From Psammoneis japonica (Eukaryota), in assembly GCA_008632985.1 (NCBI GenBank), contig QPGO01000072.1, positions 124,001-188,000 on the forward strand: 64,000 nucleotides of DNA. Direction: 5' to 3'. The notes under the pieces were generated by a model, which saw only the letters and a program-made list of their open reading frames with translations, had not been told where the DNA came from and searched no databases. The translations under genes and the position numbers were made by a program. This document shows, piece after piece, positions 1-11,745 of this stretch; position 1 is the first letter of the stretch, and each line of letters begins with the position of its first letter.

Positions 1-572
1 TTTCTGCAATAATATTCATGTGGCCCCACCTCTGAATATTGAGACGGCTGACGAGAGCCAAGGGGTTGCTCCCCGGTAAGGCGTTGACTGGTACTTCCAA
101 GGACGGGAGTGCCTTCAATCGCCGCAGACCCGAATCTCCGTTGCGATAGGGTTCACCTGCCCTCAAAGGTGGTTTGGATTGTTAAAGTTTTGCAGCTGGG
201 TGGCACAGGGAGCAGGTGGCACTGGATCAGTTGTGCAGGAGCATGGGAGTCTACGGTGTTGGAGCAGCTGGTCGTGGTTCTGTTGCATTGCAAACGTTAC
301 TTTTGTCCTAGAGCTCATCTCTGTGGCATTGTTTCTGACTTCAGTCATTAACAGCGTGTTCCATAGGGCACGCAAGAACGACGGCTGCTTCAGCTCTTAC
401 GACCACTGCTGCAACTCTTGTGACTACTGCTGTTGTTGCGACTACTGCAACTCTTGCGAACCCGGCTAAAAACAAAGGTTGTTGATACTGTTGGAGTGTA
501 GGAATCGGCAGCGTTGAAATAAAATAGTGAATCAAAAACTCATGCATAAAATATACCTAGTAATGATAACAT

Positions 573-3500
573 CTACCTTCTTGACTGCTGTCTCTTTGGG
601 CAATCCTTAGAATGCGCTGGTCGACCTCTTGGTCGGCACCCCGTCACGCTGTAGCTTTGCTGCAGCTTGTATTGTAGGAAAGCAGGACAACAGTACGGAT
701 CAATGTCTCGCTTCCTTTGATCTCGTATTGGATCATTAAGAGTTGAAAGAGCCGGTTGCACTTGATATGGAACAGATGGGAGGGCTGCACTCATGCTCGA
801 TGCAAAAGCAAGCTGTTGCGAGAGGGTGCTTCTCATGGCTTGCAACATGTTGAACTGCTCCTCGACTTGAACGTGAGCTGCATTAAGCAATGGAGTGGCA
901 TCCATGCACATAGGTTCAACCGTCACCTCGGGAGCCATCGCAATTTCGGCAATGCCGCTTGTAGGTTCAACGGTTGGCGCCGCTGCAGTTTCCCCATCGT
1001 CACGGTTTCCAACTTCTGATCTTGTTGTTCGCTTGTATGGATTTTGCACCGGTTTCGTCCCACAGAGATTGCACATGCATCGATCTGTCTCGGGGTGTGG
1101 AGCAATCGTTTCATTTCTTGCATTCTGCTCCAGCAGGTACTGGGACAAGAAACGCTCGCCGGTGTCCTCCTCGAGTTCCCTTACATTCGGATATGGCGCT
1201 TTCTTCCCCTTTTTTATTGCAAGGTTATTGATTTCAATTAGATCAAGTACATTCCGATGAGTAACCACGCCCCGAAAGTCGTATGGAATCTTGGCTCGCG
1301 CCGTTGCATCCATTTTCTCGATTCGCTCCTTCTCTTCGATTGTTTCATTGTACAAAACTAATCCTTCCAACGTAAGCAAGTCCATCAATGAATGTCTCAT
1401 TCCGCAATTTCCATAATGTGCCAGTGAATCGTGTGCCTTCTCCAATTTGGATTCTGGTCCTAGCAGCGTTCGCCACTTTACTAGTTTTGCTTTCGACCGC
1501 AGGGACGGCGCTACTGGCCAGTACTGCTCCGACTTCGGCACTGGAGTGTCTAATCCCTTAGAGGTTTCTTTCGCATTCAAAATTGCATCCTTTGTGTCGG
1601 TTGTAAACAGTGTTAGTCCACTGTCTGGATCTAGCCGTCCTCCGGCAGCGGGGGCTCCGTCGGAGGCAGTGCACTTGTATCGAGCAAACCAATCCTCAAG
1701 CAAAGTGAGCCTTTTCTCCAGCGGGTGCCTCCAGAGACGAATGTATTCCTGGTAGTGCTTCCACCTTGAAGAGTGGATGATATCTTGTATCTCCTCGTCA
1801 GAATGCTTTTTGTTGTTTAGAGTGCCATCCTTCAGGGCTTGTATCACAGCTTGGCGGTCGGACCACTCGGCATACGATACGGTCGCCTTAAGATCACTTA
1901 CAGCTTGCCAATAATCAGCATGCTCTTTTCGGAGCGTTCTTACAATTCGATGCATCCAATGAAAGAGCCCGAGCAGACAGATTAGGTTCATTCCGAAAAT
2001 TGTCTTCCATAGCTGCGACTTATGCGGCCAGGTGTCGCTGTAGTGGATTTTCGGTCGTACGTTTTTTCGCCTGGCAAACTGTTCTGCCGCGTGAGCAAAA
2101 TCTTTTGCTTCCAATGTTGGGGTTAGGCAAGCGGTTCCTACCTGCCCCTTTTCATTGCACATGGTGAACAGGCCAGCTGCTCCACCTGCTTTCTTTGAGT
2201 AGTTTTTGAGAATCTGAAAAGTGTGATCGGATGCGACACTCACGGCGGCTCCAACCATCTGTATTAATCTCGTGCACCTGTCATACGAGGACGTGGCCAG
2301 AGCTGTCAATTTTGATTTGCCGCTTTCGTCATAAAGATCGAGAAGTGCAGAGCCTGATGGACTGTACCCGCCCATCCAATCCTCAAAAGACACCCAGTCT
2401 TCGGTTTTGTCTATGGCTCGGTCATAGTATTCTTTCTGGAGGTCCTTGAAATAGTCGGCTCGCATTTGGTGCAGCATGTGCGAGAACTTATCCCCGCCTG
2501 CGTACGTGACAACAATGGACTCAAGGAGTCTTGTAGTTTCCTTGGTAAGATGCCACTTGTTGGTTGCACTAGCATACTTAGGCAACGTTGGATATGCTGA
2601 CTGTAGGCTTTTTGGCAGCTTGTGCAGTAGTCGACCGTCGTTGCCCTTGCATCGAATTTTGCATTGATTGCATTCGTACCACATTGACACCGCCATGTGC
2701 GTCTTCCCGCTGATGCAATATATTGGTGTCGCCCCACCGTATCGAGTAAAGTCCATACGGTCATGAATCATTTCACCGTCGCACTCTCCGTCAATGCAGG
2801 GGATGTAGATGTTAGGATAATTCAGCTCCCAACAAACAATGTGTATTATCATACCTTGCAGCTGATGGTAGTAATAATCAGGTGGCAATGTGCAGTCATC
2901 CTTGGGAACTTCAAATGATATTGTACCAGGAGGAAAAGTTTCATCCTTAAGCTCCAGCATCTCGTTGAGCTTAATACTTTTTGCTGTAGCCACAGGATAC
3001 TTGTTGCTGCCTTGCTCGAATCTGGGCTTGATAGAGTCCAACAGATAGCTGATGAGAGCACTTACTGCAGCCGGGCACTTCGTCCTCTCCTCGGAGTTCT
3101 CGTATTTTTTTACTCTTGCTCGAATCTCTTGTTTCAAAGTCTCAACCGAAAATTTTGTAATAGCGGCCGCCTTGCAAGTATTATCCGTGTACTCCACGGG
3201 GCCTGCAGCACCAGCCACCCCCGAATTCACCGGCTTGCAAACATTGGAAACACCTGGAGGAGGCAATATGATGCAAGCTTCAGGTCTCTGTGTTCCAAAA
3301 TGGTCTCGTATGGTCGAAACTCCCTCAACTGGGGCAGCCGGAATCGTGTTGTTCGTTTCGTGCAGCTCTTTATCGCGTCGCTCTGCATCCATGGTAGCTT
3401 TGGTGACGTTCACTTGCGAGTACCTTTTTGAAAATTTACATGTGGGATCATGGCCATGATGATATGTAGGACCTCTCTCACATCTCTTGCATTTCTTCGT

Positions 3501-3770
3501 TCCGTCGTCTACTCTTGCTACCTTACGCCCACTAAAATCGCTCTGATGCGTCCGCTTCTGGCGTGTGTGCGCTTGGCTTTTGCTCGTTTTGATGGAGCCT
3601 TTGCGTTTCTGGGATTGAATGCCCATGTTTCTAAAGAAAGGATGCAGCTGCCGCTCTTCGGCCTCTTTTGTTGGAGCAGATTCTTCCGTTACGTCCGTCA
3701 TCATCGAAGCACCAGTAGAGATTGTACTTTTCTCTCTCGTGGGTTTTTTTTGTGAGAGAATTTTTCTCAT
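573..3770 (-). mobile_element. Intact Mutator-like (MULE) DDE transposase ORF, ~1065 aa
   Basis: Intronless ORF from first ATG at 3770. Motifs VASDHTF (D1), CNEKGQV, YSDTW (D2), LGLFHWMHR (C/DxxH-like), SKLEKAH (E), plus Cys/His clusters at both ends. Termini not identified. Confidence 0.6.
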
Positions 3771-4389
3771 CGCGTGAGAAGTCTGTGTTGTTGTGATTTT
3801 CCGTGGCGCGAAAGGAAGATGACAGTCGGTCTCCGCATCATTCTGATTCTTGTGTCTGCTTTTGGAGAGTTGTCTCAACCTCCTCGTCCCTAAGTGATTG
3901 CGTCAGATTTTCCAAAAAAGTGTTAATTAATTAGTCGGAAAGTCCTCGACTTTCCGAGGGTCTCCCCTAAGTAGAAATCCCAAATGCTGAATTCTGATTG
4001 GCTCTCGTAGCGCCATTCCTAATCCTCCCTCGGGACCGAAAACCCCGTCTCAAATCTGAAATCTGAATCGTGCCACCGGAAAAATCAAAGACCGACATCA
4101 TGACGTTTTCTTGCTAAATAGCTCGAAATCTACTTAATCTTTTTCTCCTTACCTGAAAGCTACTTATTTGTAAGAAAACGAGCTCCCAGTGCAAGAAAAT
4201 CATGGTGGTCATGCGCGCTGTCGCGCGAGTAAGACCCCATGCAGAACAGGTTGTTCGTGCTTTTCTGCATTCTTCGGAGCGACGTGCAGACTATACTGAG
4301 ATTACCCGTAGAAAGCCAGTAGAAACAAGTAAAAAATCTACTTCATTTTTCTCGTAAAAGGGCCAAAATTTACTTTACTTACCCGACAT

Positions 4390-5690
4390 GATGTCAGTTT
4401 TTGAGTTTTTCGGTGGCACTTGTCCAAACATCCAATCTGCAACGTCATCGTCTCGATGTGTCACGGATGCGTCCCTCCGAGAGATTGGCCCAACACCTCA
4501 TCCCCAACAAATTGTCCATGGCCCACGAATGACTGAAAGATCTGACAACACTGTTGTCCAAAACAAGAGCACATTTTTTGGAAAACATGGCGGGAAAGCA
4601 TTGTGAGAAAATTTGAATGGAAAGAATCACAGACAGCACTCAGAAAAGCATGAGAACATTGGAGCTTGTCATTTGGGCTCGCGTGTGGCAGAATGCAGTG
4701 CATGCTCATGCAACGGCTTCATAAAACACGGCAAATGCCAGGACGTCCTCCTTCTTTTTCCCCTCTAAACTCATCACAAATCGCAAAAAGTCCTCGCCCT
4801 CCTCCTGGCTTTTGCCTGTGCTGAGACAGACAAAGTTTGCCGTCTCGTGAGCAATTTGTCATGATGTGGGGCTCCAGAGATCAGAGATGCTCTTGTGTTT
4901 TGTGCAGAGGTGTGACAGTGGCAGGTTTGCCTTTTTGCTGATTGCCAGGTTCTTTGTCTGCTGATTTGCAGTTGGTCTTTCTCTGGCTGGCAATCGACTC
5001 GCATTTGTGCTGGTGCTTGCGCGCCAAATGTCTTCTTAGTTTCCACGCCCGCTTTGCTGATGATTCTGGCGCTGTGCCACAATTTTCTGTTTTGGCTGCT
5101 GCTTGGAAACTGCCCAATCCCAGTCCAGCAAATCCAGGCCCAGCCGATCCAAGTCTGGTGGCGGTGGCCGCAGCACGGCTGTCAGGTCACAGTCAAAATC
5201 CGGTGGCGGCGGCGGAGGAGGAAGCAAGAGCAAATCCGGTGGTGTTGGAGGAGGAGGCAGCAAGAGCAAATCCGGAGGCAGCGGCAGAGGAGGAGGAAGC
5301 AAGAGCAAATCCGGAGGTGGCGGAGGAGGAGGAGGAAGCAAGAGCAAGTCCGGAGGCTGTCACCTTGAGCGACAGCTGGGTTTCCTTTGCTGTGGCGGGC
5401 CTTGTTTCAGCACAAATTGTTGTTTTGTTTTCACTGACATTGTTGCTTTGGTCTGTTTCTTTTTTGCAGGAAGAGTGAGCCACACTTGTGTGGCAGCCAG
5501 GCTTTGGTCAAGTGTTGCAACAAGAAGGGCGGTGGTTGGAGCAGCACCTCAGTTGGTGCACTGGACACACAGGGGTTGCAAATGCATGTGGAAATGGCAG
5601 CTTTTAGATGTTTGGGTGTCATTGTTTTCTTTCTTGACCACAGCTAGGTCATCGCATGGGCACTGATGACAGGAAGCAAGGAGGGCGGGA
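4390..5690. other. TpA-depleted island 1 (hypermutated repeat relic)
   Basis: About 5 TA dinucleotides in ~1.3 kb by eye; TG/CA-rich; ORFs here lack Tyr. Confidence 0.8.
5150..5357 (+). repeat. Minisatellite of 36-39 bp units (GGAGGAAGCAAGAGCAAATCCGG...) reading G-rich SKSKS repeats
   Basis: Four to five visible copies of agcaagagcaaatccgg followed by (ggn)n. Confidence 0.85.
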
Positions 5691-5977
5691 TAGTCTCTAG
5701 AGTGGAGTGGACACAGAGTGGAGGGGTCGCAGTCAGAGCATTCAACATGAGAAACAACCGGCTGACCAGCCGATGGATGGACAGTTTTTGGGCGTACTGT
5801 AGGCAGGCGGCGGGCCGCGCGGCATGCAACAGTGCACGCACGATAGATTTCACATTTCACAGAAGCGCCACACGCAATGGCGAATTTTGGCCGTCGCTAC
5901 CGTAGCAGCAGCGGACTCGTTTCGGGAACTTCCATCACTCGACTCAATACTACCCTATTCTTTAACAAAGATCCCCA

Positions 5978-7315
5978 ATGCTAAGTAGATTGGTTTCTTT
6001 GCCGCTTCGATTCTTACTCGTCCCCTCAAGCACAGAACCGATCTTTTCTGTGGCGCTCCATCAACAACAGGCGAGCAGCATGTCAACCGCGGCCGCCACA
6101 GCTTACCCTTGGGGCTGTACAGCCTTGGTTGATCCTGATTCGCATGAGGTTCAGATTGAACGACTAGTGGGTTACAAAGACACTGACGCAGACGCTGTTC
6201 GAAGGCTAGATGGCCTGACGAAGCTCCTCGACATGACAAAGAGTCCAGACTGGATGGAGTACATTGAAGTGGCGGAAGATCGAATCAACGATGAGGGTGG
6301 AGCGGGCGCTTACGACACAATGCGTTGTGACATGCTTGTTAATCCAGACCAGAAAGGTTCTAGATGGAACATTTGGGGAGAAGAGTTTCATTTGAATCGA
6401 CTGAGGAACTCGTTTCGATACCTGCTCCATGAGAATGATCCAGAATCGCACGGAACTGTTTCGGAAAGTGCCATTGGGATGGCCATGGAAGACTCCCATA
6501 AGATGCTCAAGCATTTACTTGGCGAGGCAGAAAAGGCAGACATATTTAAAGAAACCCAAGCGGAAGCTTCTAATCAGCAGTTGGAGGACGTTCTCGTCCA
6601 ACCAGTTCGTCTATCCTTGCTGTGGTCCCTTCCCAAGACGTTGAAAGGCCGGGTGGTCGTACGGGGCCATGCTTGCAGCACCACAAAGCCAGTTTTCATC
6701 CATCGACCATCCAAGCCGATTACTGTGACAATTGCTGCCGTTGGTCACAACACAACAACCATGGAGGTTGATGAATCCATGCCAACAAGGCTCCGTGACC
6801 CCCAACACAAGGTTGCTTCGTGGACACGCCTCCGACAGAAAATGGAGAACCCTGAAACGTACATGCCAGAGGGCGTATCCGAAGTACTCATGGTGCGACA
6901 ACGCAAACAAGATGGTGCGTTGGAAGTGCTAGAGGGCCTTACGAGCAACTTTTTTGTCATTTACAAGGACGGAACCATTCGTACTGCGGAGGAAGGAGTG
7001 CTGCATGGATATGCAAGGCACCTTGTTCTTGAATGTGCAGAATTTTGTGGCCTAGTCGTGGATAAGGATAGGCCTATTCTCATGAAAGACTGCACAGATG
7101 GCCTTTGGGAGGAAGCCTTCATTACTTCCTCGTCTCGACTGATCTTTCCAATATCGAAGATTCTCGTTCACACGGACGACAAGACGGACTTTACAGAGTT
7201 TTGGTGCGATCCGGTCCTGACAGAGGCATCCCAAAACCCTGTCAGGAAAGAAAAACAAAAGTGGAGGCAACTGTTGGACGAAATACTGAATCGAGCAGGA
7301 TACCCGGTCTTGTAA
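5978..7315 (+). CDS. PLP-dependent aminotransferase class IV family protein (BCAT/ADC-lyase-like)
   Basis: 445-aa ORF with EGLTSNFF, GVLHGYAR and EAFITSSSR fold-type IV motifs. Confidence 0.85.
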   Translation: MLSRLVSLPLRFLLVPSSTEPIFSVALHQQQASSMSTAAATAYPWGCTALVDPDSHEVQIERLVGYKDTDADAVRRLDGLTKLLDMTKSPDWMEYIEVAEDRINDEGGAGAYDTMRCDMLVNPDQKGSRWNIWGEEFHLNRLRNSFRYLLHENDPESHGTVSESAIGMAMEDSHKMLKHLLGEAEKADIFKETQAEASNQQLEDVLVQPVRLSLLWSLPKTLKGRVVVRGHACSTTKPVFIHRPSKPITVTIAAVGHNTTTMEVDESMPTRLRDPQHKVASWTRLRQKMENPETYMPEGVSEVLMVRQRKQDGALEVLEGLTSNFFVIYKDGTIRTAEEGVLHGYARHLVLECAEFCGLVVDKDRPILMKDCTDGLWEEAFITSSSRLIFPISKILVHTDDKTDFTEFWCDPVLTEASQNPVRKEKQKWRQLLDEILNRAGYPVL

Positions 7316-7580
7316 CAATCTGTCGGCAGAGGCGTGGAAATTAATGTAAACATCTAAAATCTATGTGAATCTACTTCTTATCTACAATAGACAAATGCCT
7401 CCCAGCTCAGCTGTGGATTCGTAAGGCCAATTCGACGTCGCAGCTTTCATTTTTTTTTATGGAATTGAATAACTGGTTTTCCATAAAAATGATGGTCACC
7501 ACGAATAGATCCGCGGCTACCGGTAAATGAAAAGATGGGCCGAGCGGGACAGGAATCGGGACATTGATGCCAACCTGACC
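7205..7580 (+). repeat. Left copy of ~380-bp direct duplication (live aminotransferase 3' end plus dead copy of MMSDH 3' end)
   Basis: Aligns with 9741-10124 from tgcgat(c/t)cggtcctgaca to gacattgat(g/a)ccaacctgacc; MMSDH-derived part has indels. Confidence 0.92.
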
Positions 7581-7589
7581 GAGACCAGA

Positions 7590-8850
7590 AGATGGAACAT
7601 TGAGGAGAAGGTGCAGATGTGGTAAAAGGCACTCTCGGTCTGGGTGTCATGCAGGTGTGTGGGCAGGCAGTTGAGGTTGGTGCGGAACAAAGAGAAGCCT
7701 TTTGCATGAGGCAGGTGTCGGTGAAAGCCAATGCTGCCAACAGGCTGACCACGGAAGCGGAGGCCAGTTGTGATTTCTGGCCCAAGCAGAGAGTTGGCAG
7801 CAGGGCTGAAAAAGGCAAAAGCTTGACACAAGGCATCTGCAGGGGAAATTCTTGGGAGTGGGAGCTGGAGCTGATGAGACACTGGGGAGGCAAGGATGCA
7901 CATCTTTTGGTGGCTGAGTTTTGTGCCATGCTGTGCTGGACTGGCAAATCTGGGTGAGCCACTCAAGAAACCACAGCAGCTCAGCATGTGGCAACCAGTT
8001 GTCAGTGTTGTCCAGCAGGGAAGTTGCAGAAGTTGCATTGGATGGATGAAGACAGGAGTGTGCAGCTCGGCATTGAGAGTGGCTTTTGAGGAGACAACAC
8101 TGAAAAGGCCAGAGCATTGGAGAACGGCGGGCCAAGTGGACAATCTTGGGTGCAAAGCCTTCCAGCAGCAAAAAGGAGTGCCATCTGCTGGAAGCATTGC
8201 AATGCCAGCAGATGTTGGAAGAAGCACAGCAGAGATTGATGAGTGGGAGGGTGGGGCATGGCAAAAAGCTGGGCCAGCATCAGGGAGAGTGCTTCCGGGC
8301 ATGCAAGGTGCTGGGGGAGCACTGTTTGCCAAAAAATGTGGTGGCTGAGGTTGATGGCAAGAAGAGATGGGTTGGGGTGTCTGCACCCTGATGGTGCTCA
8401 ATGTTGGTGTGAGTGGCATGGATGAGGCAGTTGAGGCCTCCTTTGGCCCCTGCCCCGAGTTGCGCCAAGGAACGGCAGACATGCCAGCTGTCTTGGCAAG
8501 GGAGCCCGCCCGCAACACACACCAGACAGTGGCGCCACAGCTGATGGGGTGCAGTTTGTTGGTGTGCAGCTTGTCAAGGTTTGTTTGGTTCTCATGCAAG
8601 GCAATGAAGCAACAGGCTGGTGGGAGTGGGCAGCAGATCTCATTGAAAGCCAAGCTGGCTTGGACGAGGAGGAGTTGTCGAGACGAGAGTTGCGAGGCTG
8701 GGCCTTGTTTGGGTTTTGAGGGATGCAGAGACTTTGAAGAGGGTGCAGGCCTTGAGCTGGTCAGTGGAGTCAGCAAAGGGGGCGTTGGCGGTGCCTGGTT
8801 TGCATTTGCTGAGAGCCGGCAGGAATTGTTCACATCTCTGGAGGGGATTT
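7590..8850 (-). mobile_element. TpA-depleted island 2: probable degenerate non-LTR (CRE/Ambal-like) reverse transcriptase relic
   Basis: Essentially no TA. Minus frame reads CFIALHENQTNLDKLH..LHPISCG..W and AVLLP..GIA, resembling the recalled RT motif YFIALHKD...KLRPIGIG..WRR with Y->C and R->H. Confidence 0.5.
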
Positions 8851-8991
8851 CAAAAGCGAGAGTCCATGCGCGTCTTGCGCGCGACGAGTGAAGGACGGCG
8901 CGCCGAAATTTTTCAACCACAAAAGAAACAACAATTCGGTGCGCTCACACTTTTCACGACGCCAATTCTTGTTTGCTCCATCCACATCATC

Positions 8992-9636
8992 ATGTCGCAC
9001 CGCCGTCAATTCGAGACCGAAACGGACCCGTTCCAGTTTGACAGAAACACTGTCAAGGGTTTCATCATTGCGTCGGATCCTTCTTCACCGGCGTGCGTGT
9101 CTCAATTCAATCGCCCACGCGCTGCTCTGGACATTGAGCAAATTGAGGGCGCCGCGGCACGCAGGATTGCAGATATCACGCGAGCCATGCTCCACAATGT
9201 CTGCGGAAAGGCACTTGTTGTAATGGAGCATAGCAAGCGCGTGACATTGACACCACGCGCTCTGACGTTTGCTCTGAGAGTTTTCGCCGTCGAAGAAAGC
9301 CGCGTGCTTCCCGCGGCCTTGAATCTTCCGCCCCAGGACGAAGCAGCCCAAGATGGAGATGAGGACGAACAGTGGCAGAAGGTGGCAGATGATCTTCAGG
9401 ACTATGACGCCAATGAAGATGTTGTGGGTGAAACCATGCACGAAGAAGACGATCCAGAGGAGGAGGCGTTCTCAGGCAAAAAACACGGCATTTCGCCCAA
9501 GAAAGCCGAGAAATTGTGGATCTGGACGATGATCAAGGAGTACCGCGTCGACTTTTCTGTTCGTAAAAAGAAAGAATTTTACTCTATCTTGGCGAATGCC
9601 ATGAACGGTTACATTCGCATGAAGTTCCTCCGTTGA
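8992..9636 (+). CDS. Divergent histone-fold protein (H4-like domain, acidic linker, possible truncated H3-like domain)
   Basis: MLHNVCGKALVVMEHSKRVTLTPRALTFAL aligns with H4 [30 protein letters not shown]; ATG at 8992, 214 aa. Confidence 0.6.
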   Translation: MSHRRQFETETDPFQFDRNTVKGFIIASDPSSPACVSQFNRPRAALDIEQIEGAAARRIADITRAMLHNVCGKALVVMEHSKRVTLTPRALTFALRVFAVEESRVLPAALNLPPQDEAAQDGDEDEQWQKVADDLQDYDANEDVVGETMHEEDDPEEEAFSGKKHGISPKKAEKLWIWTMIKEYRVDFSVRKKKEFYSILANAMNGYIRMKFLR

Positions 9637-9740
9637 GCCAACTCATGAAGCAGTTTCCGGTGGCATTTAGTTCATACATAACAATGCTATAGTTCCTTTT
9701 TCCAATGTCACTAGGATTTATATGTGTCAAAGAGTTGTAG

Positions 9741-10124
9741 TGCGATTCGGTCCTGACAAACGCATCCCAAAACCCAGCCAGGAAAGAAAAACAAAAGTGG
9801 AGGCAACCGTTGGACGAAATACTGAATCGAACAGGATACCCGGTCGTGTAACGATGTGTCGGCAGAAATACGCGAGCAAATAATAATGTACACATCATAT
9901 ATAATCTATGTGATCTACTTCTTACCTACAATAGGCATGGTAACGCCTCCCAGCTCAGCCGTGGATTCGTATGGCCAATTCGACGTCACAGTTTTCATTT
10001 GTGTATAGAATTGAACACCTTGTTTTCCATAAAAATGAACGTCACCACGAATGGATCCGCGGCTACCGGTAAATGAAAACATGGGAAGCGGGACAGGAAT
10101 CGGGACATTGATACCAACCTGACC
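9741..10124 (+). repeat. Right copy of ~380-bp direct duplication (dead aminotransferase 3' fragment plus live MMSDH 3' end)
   Basis: Direct alignment with 7205-7580. Confidence 0.92.
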
Positions 10125-11745
10125 AACATTTATTTCATGTTGAAATTTGCGTGCAGCTGCTCCGCTCTGCGTAAATATGGCACACCCATTGCCGTAGGGG
10201 TTTGCATTGATAATGTCCATAGCTTCCTCCAATGAATCGGCTCCCAGGCATACCAACACCGGACCGAATATCTCGGTCGTGTACGCAACATTGTCAGTCT
10301 TCACTTGTGAGAGAACACAAGGGCTGACAAAATTCCCGTCCTGATATCCATCCACCACTGTGTTTCGACCGTCCAAATCCAAGACCGCACCCTGTTCCAC
10401 TGCCTCCCCTACAATGCGCTCAACTCGTTCTTTGGATTCGGCGGAAATGAGGGGTCCAATATCCACTCCATCCTCTAAACCCGAGCCAACACGCAACTTG
10501 CTTGCCTCTGCTACCAAGTCCTGAACCCACTCGCGGGTGGATCCCACGAACACCACTGCGCTCAATGCCATGCAACGTTGTCCAGCAGCTCCAAAGCCCG
10601 CTCCGACCAAGGCCTTGATGGTGGATTCGCGATTTGCGTCCGGCATGATTACAGCTGAACAACGAATCAAATGAAAAGCAGTACACAAGTCAAATAAATA
10701 ATGGCATTTCCAAAACGTAGATAGCAAAGTAGGACATTCCTTACCGTGGTTCTTGGCACCGAGATTGGCCTGAACTCGCTTTCCATTCGCACTTCCACGT
10801 GCGTGAATGTAGTTACCAACACCACAAGAGCCCTGCAAGATATGAACACATGTATGAGAGACAAGCAAATCATAAATCCCACAATTCAGTATCCCAAGCA
10901 GTAGCAATGAGTTTACGCACCACGAAGGAAATGGCTCGAATATCATCATGATCACAAATGGCATCCACCGTTTCTTTACCGCCATGTACAATGTTCAATA
11001 CTCCGGGTGGTAAACCGGCGTCTTGAGCGAGTTGTGCAAGGAGCATGGATGCTCCAGGTGTCTTTTCACTTGGCTTGAGGACAAATGTGTTTCCACTCGT
11101 GCAGGCAAGAGGAAACATCCACAAAGGAATCATGGCTGGAAAGTTAAAGGGACAAACACCGGCACACACCCCCAAGGGTTGTCGATACGAAACACAGTCC
11201 ATCCCAGAAGCAGAGATCCCAGGCATTGCGTCTCCTAATAGCTTGTCTGCCACGTTGCAGGCCGTCTCGACAATTTCCAATCCACGAAACACGTCGCCAC
11301 GAGAGTCTTCCAGCGTCTTGCCGTTTTCAAGTGACACAAGGTACGCGAGCTCGTCGGTGTTTTGACGAATCAACGATTGATACTCCAACATCACGCGCTG
11401 TCGCTGTTGGACCGGCACGTGCTTCCAATCCGCAAAGGCTTCTTTTGCAGCTTGGACGGCGGTATGGAATTCATCAGGGGTCGTCTGTGGAACTTGGGCG
11501 AGAACTTTTTTCGAATTGGTGGGATCATGTACATTGAACCATTCGCTCGCCGTAGACGACGTAAATTCCCCATTGATCCAATTCTTGTAGAGCACCGGAT
11601 CTGCAGAACTGTCAACCCAATCTCCTGAATTCGCAGTCGAAGCAAACGAACGACGTGGGGCAGAGCTAAGAAGAGCTGTAGGTTTCCAACGGACGGCGAG
11701 TCCAAGGACACGGTACATATGGGTTCTCGACAGTTCAGATAGCAT
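9915..11745 (-). CDS. ALDH6A1: Methylmalonate-semialdehyde dehydrogenase, mitochondrial; introns 10833-10920 and 10655-10744
   Basis: [56 protein letters not shown] introns restore ISFV|GS and NH|AVIMPD. Confidence 0.95.

Noticed and set aside
1..470. Possible minus-strand exon downstream of the transposase (TTTTAG acceptor near 466)
   Set aside because: Truncated by the window edge and no recognisable product.
5150..5357. CRISPR-like array
   Set aside because: Spacers are near-identical GGN triplet runs, the context is eukaryotic and no cas genes are present.
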